DNA of 64,000 bases from a virus, in the IMG/VR virus record IMGVR_UViG_3300034272_001701, positions 48,473 through 112,472 of that record. The stretch is one strand, 5' to 3'. Below are positions 19,476-28,464 of this stretch, one piece after another; positions within the stretch are counted from its first letter, which is position 1, and each line of letters starts with the position of its first letter. The notes under the pieces were generated by a model. The model worked only from the letters and a program-made list of their open reading frames with translations. It had not been told where the DNA came from and searched no databases. The translations under genes were made by a program, and so were the position numbers.

Positions 19476-20827
19476 AAATTAATATACCATTCTGCCAAGT
19501 TTGGAAACGTTGTAATAAAGTTTTTATCTCTACGTTGATCGTATTGTGTATAAAACTTTTTAAAATCTTGTTGTAGTATTTGCTGTTCTGCAGCGCCTAA
19601 ATGTGGTGTCTTTACTACGTCTAAATAATCAATAAGTCTTTGCAACTGATTTAATTCCATTTCGTGAATTAATGTATTATTTTTATTCTTGTTATACCAA
19701 TTTTCTAAATTGTTTTTGTGTTGAGTTCTAATTTCGTCAGGCAGTACCAAAGGACTTTGAAAACTTGGAAATCTCAATATATTTAAAGTAAAAAATGGAT
19801 AGTTTTTTCCATAACATGTTTTCCATTCTACTATACAATCTAAAAACTCTGTTAAACTTTCTAAACAAAGTGCATTAATCGTACACATGATGTGTAGACC
19901 GCGCAATTTATTGCCTACTTGATGATCTAGTATCAACTCTATACTATCAGCCCAATCGTTCCAAACCAATCCGTCTCTAATATACTCTGCATGACTGCCG
20001 ACGCTTTCATTACTAGTGTATAGGTCAATGGGTGCGTCCACACTTGAAAATAAACGATCGATATCAACTTGTGTTCCTAGGTTAGAGTTAATTGCCAGTC
20101 TTGTTTGGCTTTTTCCTTTGTTTTCTTTAAACCAATCAAGCAGTTTCCAGGTATAGCCTGACATCAAAGGCTCACCACCGGTAATACGTAATTCAGTTAA
20201 GGTTCTGTGGAGGTCCGATTCCCACCATTCAAAGAAGGCCGTGATGTATGGGTTATCTTCACCAAATTTAAAAAGCTGCGAACTGTCATGGCTATGAGTA
20301 AAATGATTCCTACCATCAGACACCAGGTCCACGTAGGGTCCGTTAGTGTTGATGTCTTTGACCCAAGTGCTACTGAATGCAGGGTTGCAATAACTGCAAG
20401 CAAACTGACAAGTGCGATCAAAACTGATTTCAAGAGTGCGAAGATTGGCATCTTCTGTTGGCGGTGTTCTGAATGCATGATCAAGATCCTCATCTGAAAA
20501 TAAAACTGTTTTATAGACTCGGTCGCTAATATTGTCTCTTCCAATGTCTTCGATCTTCCAACAATACTCACATCCTGCAGGTCTTTCGCCTGCCTGCATT
20601 TGTCTACGCTCCTCTTTCTTTTTTGGGGTATTGTGCAATGCTCGAGGATTTGCTTGCACATCTGCTACTTCAACCTTGTGCGGTAATGGATGATGACAAC
20701 TAGTGGTCATGCCGCTGCCTAACCATATAGTAGCGTTGTACCATTTTGCTCCGCAGAAGCTTTCTGACTTGATGTCAATTACTCTGCGTTTGTATTCTAA
20801 ATCTGTTTCGTTATTAATTTTGGGCAT
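19472..20827 (-). CDS. Radical SAM protein with N-terminal twitch-like domain (type B)
   Basis: CGAKW..SCHHP..H..CEYCW, CQFACSYC, SSTW, GGEP and INSN. Confidence 0.9.
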   Translation of the reverse strand: MPKINNETDLEYKRRVIDIKSESFCGAKWYNATIWLGSGMTTSCHHPLPHKVEVADVQANPRALHNTPKKKEERRQMQAGERPAGCEYCWKIEDIGRDNISDRVYKTVLFSDEDLDHAFRTPPTEDANLRTLEISFDRTCQFACSYCNPAFSSTWVKDINTNGPYVDLVSDGRNHFTHSHDSSQLFKFGEDNPYITAFFEWWESDLHRTLTELRITGGEPLMSGYTWKLLDWFKENKGKSQTRLAINSNLGTQVDIDRLFSSVDAPIDLYTSNESVGSHAEYIRDGLVWNDWADSIELILDHQVGNKLRGLHIMCTINALCLESLTEFLDCIVEWKTCYGKNYPFFTLNILRFPSFQSPLVLPDEIRTQHKNNLENWYNKNKNNTLIHEMELNQLQRLIDYLDVVKTPHLGAAEQQILQQDFKKFYTQYDQRRDKNFITTFPNLAEWYINL

Positions 20828-22199
20828 GGTATTTGCATTCGTCCCAAAATTCTCGCATTTCTGGGAACGTTTCTAAAAAGTTAGTTTGCCTACGTTTATC
20901 GTGCTCGTTAAAGAATCTATAAAAATCAGCACGTTGTAGTTTAACATATTCCGGTTGCAATCGCCAACCTTCCTTCATCCAATCTACCACACGTTGCAGC
21001 CTTTGTACTTCATAATCTTTAAAACCTTGAAATGGACGATCTGGTGTTTCGACATTGAGTTGCATCCAATCTACTACATCTTGTAATCGTTTAACATAAA
21101 CTGGCGGTAGTATTTGTAGGCTTTGCCAAGTGGGTTGTCTCAGTATAGGCGTATCAAACCAAACTCGTTGATATGTTTTACTGTACAATAGGCGCAAGGA
21201 TAAAATATTCTGTAATAAACTTTGCAAGCCAATTACATTCAAATTACTCATTGTAATAATGAAAGTTAGACTATTTCTATTAGGAATTTTATCCAAATAT
21301 CTATGAACATTTTCTTGCACTCGATTATAGTCTAGTCCGTGGCGAATGTACTCTGACTGAGAACGGATTCCTGAATCTAAACTAACGTATTGCATAAAGT
21401 GTTCTATGTTGGTATCGCACAATCTTTTTACATAATCATGATACTGATCATATAATTTAGTTTCCACACTAAAATTGCTGGTCACATCAATATGTAGATC
21501 AGGTTTAGGAAATGCCAACACATAATCAAACACTCGATATGTATTACGATCCATCAATGGCTCGCCGCCGGTCATCCTAAAGTGTTTTAACTTTGGATAC
21601 AGAGTTGGCCACCACTCCCAAAAGGCATCAACATATGGATTATCTTCTCGAACAGGGATAGGTCGTCTGCGACCGCTAAAATGGGAAGCATCATTGTGAA
21701 TAGTGGAAGTGGGATATCCTCCAAAACGTCCCACTTCATCACCCCAGCTACTACTAAACTGAGGACTGCAATAGGAACACTTAAGATTGCAAGCATGATT
21801 AAAATTGACCTCCACATAGGAAGGAGTAAAATCTCTATCACCAGCATCATGACTGTTAACAATCTCTGAAAAGTGTTCTGCTGCCCAGGGCTCTCCTGAA
21901 CGATAATGTCTATCACTTAAATTCCCCATATCTTCTTGTGTCCAACAATAACTACATTCTTGCGGTCGTTCATTACGCAGCATAATCTTACGCTGAGCTT
22001 TTTTATAGGGCGTATTATGTAATGCACTAGGATTGTCTTTCAACAATGCAGCATCTATTTCGTGTAAAGGAGGATGATAACAACTGTTGGTCAATCCTGT
22101 AGGAAGATGTAAACTGACCTGTTGCCACTTAGCAAGGCATAAGCTTGGTCCTAATCGTTCTTTTGCCTGCTCGGCAGCAGACATAAAATCACTCACCAT
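20814..22199 (-). CDS. Radical SAM protein with N-terminal twitch-like domain (type B)
   Basis: CLAKW..SCYHP..H..CSYCW, CNLKCSYC, SSSW, GGEP, VTSN and VSLDS; GTG start. Confidence 0.9.
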   Translation of the reverse strand: MVSDFMSAAEQAKERLGPSLCLAKWQQVSLHLPTGLTNSCYHPPLHEIDAALLKDNPSALHNTPYKKAQRKIMLRNERPQECSYCWTQEDMGNLSDRHYRSGEPWAAEHFSEIVNSHDAGDRDFTPSYVEVNFNHACNLKCSYCSPQFSSSWGDEVGRFGGYPTSTIHNDASHFSGRRRPIPVREDNPYVDAFWEWWPTLYPKLKHFRMTGGEPLMDRNTYRVFDYVLAFPKPDLHIDVTSNFSVETKLYDQYHDYVKRLCDTNIEHFMQYVSLDSGIRSQSEYIRHGLDYNRVQENVHRYLDKIPNRNSLTFIITMSNLNVIGLQSLLQNILSLRLLYSKTYQRVWFDTPILRQPTWQSLQILPPVYVKRLQDVVDWMQLNVETPDRPFQGFKDYEVQRLQRVVDWMKEGWRLQPEYVKLQRADFYRFFNEHDKRRQTNFLETFPEMREFWDECKYHAQN

Positions 22200-23122
22200 C
22201 CTTCTATCCTACGAATAACATCTATTTCGGTCATCATGATTTCGCTGTTGCGCTGGCCTGTACTATAGTGATGTTTAAAGAATTGACTTTGGTTGGGTGT
22301 ATACATAACAATAGGCAACCCTAATCTGGTAGTCAATGCACCTTCAATTCTTTCACAACCCTCTTCAGGGTCTTCTTTACTAAACATATCCCACAGTTTT
22401 TCTAATACATCAAAGTCTTGTACGTATTTGTAATCCCACCCTTCTAGCATGATCATAAATGTTCCCAGTCGAGCTCCGTACATAGCCCAATAACCATTTT
22501 CAACATCAGCTCCTACGCTATGCCATATACAAAGATGATCGTAGTTTCTTTTGTTAACACCTTCTTCAAATTCTTGTAGTGTAGGTTTGTGCCCTCTATT
22601 GAGACACATCTTTACGCCTTCTCTAAATCCAGCACGCCATGCCTGTTTGGCGCTACCATTAGGATATGTTGTACTATAACAATTGTGCATGGCAGTGTAT
22701 TTTGGATCAAAACAAAACTCAACAGCAGTTTCTTCGTCTCCACTACTGGCTTCGTGTGTACGCATATTCATTACAAAGTCTTTTGTCCAGCAACTTACAC
22801 CACCATTGCCATAACGTAGACCGTTTACGACATTTCGTGCCTTCCATCTAAAAACGTGGTCGCGATTCGTTTCGTTGAGCAATAATTGTAGATTAAAAAA
22901 TTCCGGGTCTGGTATATTATCACCATCAATAAGAACAAACCGATCAGTATCGCTTGCCTCTGCGGCTGCTTTGTGTGCTGCGTCAGATCCTTTAACACCA
23001 TCCACTCTCTTTGCCCATGGCACCATGTTTTGAATTTTGATCCAAAACTCTTCTTTCTTGGGTTCGTCGTACGTTAGAAAAATACAATCTAAATCTGCAA
23101 TATCAACTATTTGTTCGGTCAT
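22193..23122 (-). CDS. Putative GT-A fold glycosyltransferase
   Basis: IFLTYDEP, RVDGVKGSDAAHKAAA, FVLIDGDN (DxD), YGNGG and AWRAGFREGVKM. Likely start MTEQ at 23122. Confidence 0.6.
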   Translation of the reverse strand: MTEQIVDIADLDCIFLTYDEPKKEEFWIKIQNMVPWAKRVDGVKGSDAAHKAAAEASDTDRFVLIDGDNIPDPEFFNLQLLLNETNRDHVFRWKARNVVNGLRYGNGGVSCWTKDFVMNMRTHEASSGDEETAVEFCFDPKYTAMHNCYSTTYPNGSAKQAWRAGFREGVKMCLNRGHKPTLQEFEEGVNKRNYDHLCIWHSVGADVENGYWAMYGARLGTFMIMLEGWDYKYVQDFDVLEKLWDMFSKEDPEEGCERIEGALTTRLGLPIVMYTPNQSQFFKHHYSTGQRNSEIMMTEIDVIRRIEGW

Positions 23123-23477
23123 AATATTCAATTTCCAAATACTCTTCGTTTAATCCTAGCGCAACTGCTGCCATTCCTTTTACTACCGGTTGTCCTTGTG
23201 TTGATTTTTTTAATCTTACTTGGTCAGATGTTTTTGCATCTAATGTAATTAGTTTTTTATCTACTACACGTAGCAAAAGTGTGTTTGCTTTATGAAATAC
23301 GTCTGGATTATCAACTACAATATAATTATCTCCATCAGGATGATCCGTTTCACTAAACGCTGTTACTAGTCCATTTTTGTCATAATACATCCTGTATTCT
23401 TTGACCATAGGTAATCTTTTACGATCTTCCTCTTCAACTAATTTTAAAGCTTTATAAAACTCTTCTACAGGATTCAT
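23103..23477 (-). CDS. Hypothetical protein
   Basis: 124-aa ORF overlapping both neighbours in the operon. Confidence 0.7.
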   Translation of the reverse strand: MNPVEEFYKALKLVEEEDRKRLPMVKEYRMYYDKNGLVTAFSETDHPDGDNYIVVDNPDVFHKANTLLLRVVDKKLITLDAKTSDQVRLKKSTQGQPVVKGMAAVALGLNEEYLEIEYYDRTNS

Positions 23478-24294
23478 AATATTCTATCATTTCATCTTTA
23501 GCAAATTTTTTATCGTAATAGTGCAATGGGTGGTATTGATTAATGTTGTTGATTCTGATCATGCCATGATCAAATTCACTTACGTATACGTCTTCGAACA
23601 TATTACTTTCGTTAAAATTATTAATAGAAGGCTTCATGTGTACAAAATTAATAAAATCAGCTGACGGTATTGTACATAGTTCATCTCCGACTATTCTTGC
23701 TGCTATGGCATAAACAACATCTGTAGTAGCATATTGATCTCTACAATTTAATAAACTATTTTGTATAACTTCCCAATTGTTAAAAATTATTCGTGCGTAC
23801 TTAAAAAAGTCGGTAGCAGTTTGCGAATATCTAAAATACATTAGCCCATTGTAGGTATCCGGTAAATTATTATCATCAAATAATTTACGATAGCGTCGAG
23901 ACGAAGCCAACTTCTGTTGATAATTTCTGCAACCTGTACTTAATACTATATCACGTAATCTAAAAGCATGTATCCAATGATCGATTGATCTAGTAAACAA
24001 AAGATCCGATTCTAATTTAATTGTCTCTTTGTATGGAGTTAAGCCAAAAGCCAGATGCTCATAACCAAACGATCCATAGTCGTTGTTTGTTATTTCAATG
24101 ATGTGATCAAAAGTCTTTTTGTGTTCGTCGGTTAATAATTTTGCTGTTTCTGTGTTAACAACAACTGCACAGCTATTATTTTTTTGTGTGGCCTTGATAT
24201 TCAATGCCTGCAAATAGGCAAGCCGTAGATAATCTGTTTCTTCAGAATTGATTGCAAAAGTTAAAAATCCTAACTGTTCTTTATGCTGGCTCAT
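23452..24294 (-). CDS. Putative GT-A (GT8-like) glycosyltransferase
   Basis: DYLRLA, LTPYKETIKLESD (DxD-like ESD), YNGLMYF, TDVVYAIA and FVHMK. Confidence 0.6.
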   Translation of the reverse strand: MSQHKEQLGFLTFAINSEETDYLRLAYLQALNIKATQKNNSCAVVVNTETAKLLTDEHKKTFDHIIEITNNDYGSFGYEHLAFGLTPYKETIKLESDLLFTRSIDHWIHAFRLRDIVLSTGCRNYQQKLASSRRYRKLFDDNNLPDTYNGLMYFRYSQTATDFFKYARIIFNNWEVIQNSLLNCRDQYATTDVVYAIAARIVGDELCTIPSADFINFVHMKPSINNFNESNMFEDVYVSEFDHGMIRINNINQYHPLHYYDKKFAKDEMIEYYESCRRVL

Positions 24295-25075
24295 TTAATA
24301 ACTGTTCAACTAAATTTTCAAAATCGCTCGATTGTAAATATTTTTTACTCATGATGTGCAAATTAGTTCGAGGCACAATGTATGCTTTTGAATCATCTCT
24401 AACAATAAACTTAGAGTCCTGTAGTTCTATTTTGTTTATTGATTGATTAATTGCTAATAAACTTCCTGGGATCGTGGATGTTTGAGTTATATAGCCATTT
24501 ATGATAATATCAGCAATGGAAAATGCATAATCGTTTCTATAATTTCTTTCTCGTATATTAAACAATGCTCGATAATATGAATAATTTTTTTGTATTCTAT
24601 CTATTAGGTCAAAAAATAGTTTGGCTCTTGGTGTTTTTCTAAATGCAAATACTGTAGCCCATATGTAAGGTAAACTATTATCTCCCATTGTGTCTGCCCA
24701 TTCCGCTGTCAATGCATGACTATTTCTTTGTAATAAATAATCCCAATTGCATTTAAATATATCTAGTAGACTGTTATCCACCACAAGATAATCAACATCA
24801 ACCACCAAGGTTTCATCGTAAGGACTTAATTCATATGCACTGTGTCTATTAAAATTTCTCCACGACACAAAAGTATTACTATCAATATCAAAACGATTAT
24901 TTGTTAAATCGTTGTCTTTTGTATTTGTGATAAGAGTATATGGTAATTTAAGTTTTTGGCTAGCTACAGACAGTGTTTTATTTGCTATACTAACGTAATC
25001 TGTTGTTTCTGTGTTTAAGGCAAATGCAAGAATACCTCTAGAGTTTTCTAATTTTTTTGAGTTCTTCATAATCAT
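24281..25075 (-). CDS. Putative GT-A (GT8-like) glycosyltransferase
   Basis: DYVSIA, AYELSPYDETLVVDVDYL (DxD), WATVFAF, RNDYAFSIA and LHIMSK; paralog of 23452..24294. The start may be 25069. Confidence 0.6.
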   Translation of the reverse strand: MIMKNSKKLENSRGILAFALNTETTDYVSIANKTLSVASQKLKLPYTLITNTKDNDLTNNRFDIDSNTFVSWRNFNRHSAYELSPYDETLVVDVDYLVVDNSLLDIFKCNWDYLLQRNSHALTAEWADTMGDNSLPYIWATVFAFRKTPRAKLFFDLIDRIQKNYSYYRALFNIRERNYRNDYAFSIADIIINGYITQTSTIPGSLLAINQSINKIELQDSKFIVRDDSKAYIVPRTNLHIMSKKYLQSSDFENLVEQLLNEPA

Positions 25076-25352
25076 TGTGCCATTGATTCATTACTAACTG
25101 ATAATGCTGTTGTGCCTGGACCAAAAAAACTTGCCTATCAATTTTTATAGGGTTGTTATATGTGTCTTCTAAATATAATTCATCAACCGGCCAAGTTTTA
25201 ACAAACGCTATTAATTCTGGAGTTATCTTAAAGAGTCCGCCACAGTGTGCTAGATGCAAATCCGTTTGGATCTTTTCTCTCAAAATTATTTTGTTTTTTT
25301 GAAAGTCGGTGGCCTGTCTAATTTGATTTACTAAAAGTTCGACGTCGTTCAT
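25038..25352 (-). CDS. Hypothetical protein, first gene of the modification operon
   Basis: 104-aa ORF directly downstream of the promoter region at 25353-25419. Confidence 0.7.
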   Translation of the reverse strand: MNDVELLVNQIRQATDFQKNKIILREKIQTDLHLAHCGGLFKITPELIAFVKTWPVDELYLEDTYNNPIKIDRQVFLVQAQQHYQLVMNQWHNDYEELKKIRKL

Positions 25353-25366
25353 GTATAAATGTAGAA

Positions 25367-25417
25367 ACTGGTTAGGATACTATTGTACACTAACCAGTAT
25401 GAAAATGCAAATATTTA
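25367..25417 (-). promoter_or_regulatory. Sigma70-like promoter, late-type TAAATA box and 9-bp inverted repeat
   Basis: Minus strand: TTGCAT (25410-25405), 17 bp, TACAAT (25387-25382); TAAATA at 25417-25412. Inverted repeat ACTGGTTAG (25367-75) / CTAACCAGT (25390-98). Confidence 0.6.
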
Positions 25418-25419
25418 GA

Positions 25420-26364
25420 TTACAAAGAACTGATTGTTACAGCACCCCAGGTATTGGATAAATTAGTGGTAGAAGGATAAGTCACATCAATTTGTCTGGC
25501 TATTACAACATCCAAATTGTCATCAAAACTTAAACTACCAGCATTTGATCCTGTTGTTGAAGTGATCACTATCCAAAAATCAACTTGAGTTCCGGCATCA
25601 CTGTTTGCACCTTGTGGTCCGTTTGATCTCGCAAGTAGAACTGCTGAATCAGAAGTATAATTGGTTGTAAGACTTGTTACTGATACTACAGTAGCGTTAG
25701 CAGTAGTTAAATCATAATAACCAATGGTAGTATCGTTGGTATTTAAGGTTCCGCCTGTGCCTGTTCTTCCACCATTGGTTGTTGTTCTAAATGTATTAAC
25801 TCCGCCAATATAACCAACTATGTTATTAACAGCAGTATCTCTAGCCGGTGGTGCCGATCCGCTTGACGAACAAACAAAAGCCAATCTTCCGCCTGCATTA
25901 AAAAAGTATCTGGCAGCATCTGCGCTGGCAAAAGATGCACGAGCCCCAAATGCTCTAGTTGCTGTGCCGGGGTCTGTTCCATTGGTTGTGTTAATAATCC
26001 AACTAGTAGTCAATGAACTTCCGGTAACGGCTGTTCCTGTGGCATTGGCAGTGACTCTATTAGTATAGGCAGTATTAATATTACCTTGTAGAGTACTTAA
26101 CCAATCAATACGTTGTCCTGCTGTTACTGCAGAAATTCCGGATCCGGAACCTGATTGATGATTCAGTGTAGAATTTAAAGTATTGATTAAACTAGCCCAC
26201 TGAGTTGCAGTAATAAGAGTACCTGCTGCTACTGTTGCAACAGCAGTCTGTCCGTATCCGGCGTTTCCGGTTCCAGTCGACCAAACTGTGTTCAATTGAT
26301 TTGTACCATTGATTAAATTGTTATAATCGGTGGCTTCGATTAAATCGCCTTGAGCGTATGACAT
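25420..26364 (-). CDS. Virion structural protein (tail/fibre associated)
   Basis: Thr/Gly/Asn-rich, with motifs ITATQWASL and ARYFFNAGG; lies in the tail gene cluster behind an AAGGA RBS. Confidence 0.65.
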   Translation of the reverse strand: MSYAQGDLIEATDYNNLINGTNQLNTVWSTGTGNAGYGQTAVATVAAGTLITATQWASLINTLNSTLNHQSGSGSGISAVTAGQRIDWLSTLQGNINTAYTNRVTANATGTAVTGSSLTTSWIINTTNGTDPGTATRAFGARASFASADAARYFFNAGGRLAFVCSSSGSAPPARDTAVNNIVGYIGGVNTFRTTTNGGRTGTGGTLNTNDTTIGYYDLTTANATVVSVTSLTTNYTSDSAVLLARSNGPQGANSDAGTQVDFWIVITSTTGSNAGSLSFDDNLDVVIARQIDVTYPSTTNLSNTWGAVTISSL

Positions 26365-26375
26365 TCTCTAATTCC

Positions 26376-28025
26376 TTAACTGTTCAACTTAACGATGGCT
26401 TCAATGGTACCTTCCCCATCAGAATTTTTATTTTCCAATGAACGACCAATTACATTAAATGCCGAAAGTTCGTTTTTAGCCCCTGATCGAGCTAAGCCGT
26501 TTCCGGCACTTACTAGTCTATCGCCTTTGCGTATACGACCAATTACTCTTACAGGAACACGACCATTGACAGCTACCGGAGGATGAGTTTCGTCTGACCC
26601 GGCAGCACCATTCATTAAATAAGCTGCTCTAGTACTTATGACGCCAAAAACATCTTCACTAAGTTCGTCTACTGCTGCTGTAATCTCTTTTACTCCGCCT
26701 AGTGCAACAACAGTTCCGGGATCATATGGTTTATCTGTTTCAAATCTTTCGGCTAAGTCAGCATACTGTGCTTGAACAGATACTCCATAGAATGTGTTAA
26801 ACCACATACCTGCACTACCTAAATTAACTGTAGTGTTTGAAGTCGGTAAAACTGTGTCTGCAATATAAACTGTTGAAAGATTCGCTCTCGTTGTATTAAT
26901 ATTAGCTGCAAAAACGTTTCCAATCAACATGCCTTGAGTAAAGACATTGCTCCATCTATTAGTGACGTTACCTAGAGTATATGTAACGTTGGCACTTGGG
27001 TTTAAACTTGCCGAGAAAGTACTAATACCAACACCACCGCCTAGGATAGTATCAACATAGTCCTTTGTTGCTAGAGAAAATGCGCTTGATCCTGCCGTTG
27101 GACTAGAGTAAGCTTCTGGTAAACCTGATGTTGCATTTCCTCGTAAAAACGGAGTTTGGGTCGATGATCTTTTTAAACTTAAGATTAAGTCTTTGTTGTT
27201 GGTGACGTTTCTTAGAGTAACTTCACCGCTGCTTACAGTTGCTTCAAAATCGCTTGCGACACCAACTTTAAGTCCGGTATCGTTAGTAATACTCAATGCG
27301 CCATTTAATGAACCGCTAGTGTCATTTCTTAAAAAACTACTACCTGGTACACTTGGGAATAATGAGCTGTAATAAAGATTGTTTGCTACATCAGCTGTTC
27401 CTTGGAACGCCATGTTGGAAATATTTGTAGCTAAATTTAAACCTGTTTTAACAGTAGCAAAGCCCGTTACTGCTGTGCTAAAAGTAGCTTCCTTACTCCA
27501 GATACCAACTAGAGTATTATCAATATAAAACTTTAACACAACATAAGTAGCAGACGGGCTTGTGGCTACAATTGTGTCAGGAACCGCACCAGTATTACCA
27601 GTGGCGCTTGTTGTTAGCGGACCAACTGCTGTCCAACTGGTTCCGTTATAAACTTTAAGCTGTAAGTTGGCAGTATCCCACCACTGTTCGCCCACAATAG
27701 GATTGTTTGGCTGACTTGATCCTGCGCTCATTGTTGCCATTGGCTTCCAGGCGCTAGCGGCTGTTCCTTTTGTTGTAGCTGTATTAACTTTGATAACTTT
27801 ACCAGAAGTATCCCACCATAACTGCCCTGGTAATGGAGCAGTTGGAGCTGCACCGTTGGCGAAATTTTCCACCAGATGGATCATGTTTTCGTTTAAAAAT
27901 GTTCCGTACCCAGGGTAATTTTTTCCAACTAAAGTTAAACTTGAACTTGTAGTATCAATGGTTCCATCAGGCAAACCACCTGTAATAAGTGCCCCACCAT
28001 TTGATAAAGTAATATTGTATGCCAT
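26376..28025 (-). CDS. Tail fibre protein with C-terminal autocleaving chaperone (peptidase G2-like)
   Basis: N-terminal anchor shared with 31610..32737 (LTLVGKNY..YG..NEN..HL.ENFA..P..P..GQLW). C-terminal AQYADLAE..GTVV..GVIS..GRVPVRVIG.IRKGD.LV..VIGRSLE. Confidence 0.75.
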   Translation of the reverse strand: MAYNITLSNGGALITGGLPDGTIDTTSSSLTLVGKNYPGYGTFLNENMIHLVENFANGAAPTAPLPGQLWWDTSGKVIKVNTATTKGTAASAWKPMATMSAGSSQPNNPIVGEQWWDTANLQLKVYNGTSWTAVGPLTTSATGNTGAVPDTIVATSPSATYVVLKFYIDNTLVGIWSKEATFSTAVTGFATVKTGLNLATNISNMAFQGTADVANNLYYSSLFPSVPGSSFLRNDTSGSLNGALSITNDTGLKVGVASDFEATVSSGEVTLRNVTNNKDLILSLKRSSTQTPFLRGNATSGLPEAYSSPTAGSSAFSLATKDYVDTILGGGVGISTFSASLNPSANVTYTLGNVTNRWSNVFTQGMLIGNVFAANINTTRANLSTVYIADTVLPTSNTTVNLGSAGMWFNTFYGVSVQAQYADLAERFETDKPYDPGTVVALGGVKEITAAVDELSEDVFGVISTRAAYLMNGAAGSDETHPPVAVNGRVPVRVIGRIRKGDRLVSAGNGLARSGAKNELSAFNVIGRSLENKNSDGEGTIEAIVKLNS

Positions 28026-28046
28026 TTAAGTATTCTCCGACTCTGT

Positions 28047-28052
28047 TATTTA
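28047..28052 (-). promoter_or_regulatory. Putative late promoter box TAAATA
   Basis: caTAAATAac in the 34-bp gap upstream of the fibre gene, followed by a GGAG RBS; resembles the T4 late box TATAAATA. Confidence 0.55.
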
Positions 28053-28059
28053 TGATGGT

Positions 28060-28464
28060 TTATAATTGGAATTCTTGTTCTAAATTTTCTAGCATTTTGA
28101 AAATATTAGAAATTGCTGCTTGTTTATCGTTGATTTTTAAATTGGCAATTATTTGCCCTACAAATTTTCGATACAGCAATGACCAAAAGGACTGATCAAA
28201 AACATATTTAGCGTGTTTTACTAGCTTCTCAGATCTTATATAATATTCAATGATCTTTTCTTCTTTCATTTCTGCTCTTAGATTTTGCAATAACAAAACG
28301 TCAGCATCATCATAAGGATCATCATTGAGTAATATGCTATTATATATAAGACAATTATCAACCCTACTGAGCATTGTAGTTTTGCAATGATCAGTGTCTC
28401 CATTTGCGTCGCAAACCGAACATGATTCTCTATTTCTCAAGTATTCTTCTAACGAAATACCCAT
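28060..28464 (-). CDS. Stand-alone CFI-box-CTERM-like helical protein
   Basis: Start MGISL at 28464 (TAATG overlap). Contains CxxC, then CLIY..DD..L..LR..IIEYY..S.KLV..LY..FV..II..+....A.....M, resembling CFI-box-CTERM domains. Confidence 0.5.
   Translation of the reverse strand: MGISLEEYLRNRESCSVCDANGDTDHCKTTMLSRVDNCLIYNSILLNDDPYDDADVLLLQNLRAEMKEEKIIEYYIRSEKLVKHAKYVFDQSFWSLLYRKFVGQIIANLKINDKQAAISNIFKMLENLEQEFQL

Noticed and set aside
2186-25352. Host LPS/capsule island from contamination or a prophage flank
   Set aside because: The genes are interleaved with and overlap phage-type frd/thyA/dCMP deaminase genes and directly abut the tail genes. No flippase, polymerase, exporter or other multi-pass membrane protein typical of bacterial polysaccharide loci is present.
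25367-25398. Intrinsic terminator at the end of the tail operon
   Set aside because: The stem is modest, the loop is long and the minus-strand U-tract is only TTT. Kept as an operator or hairpin candidate instead.
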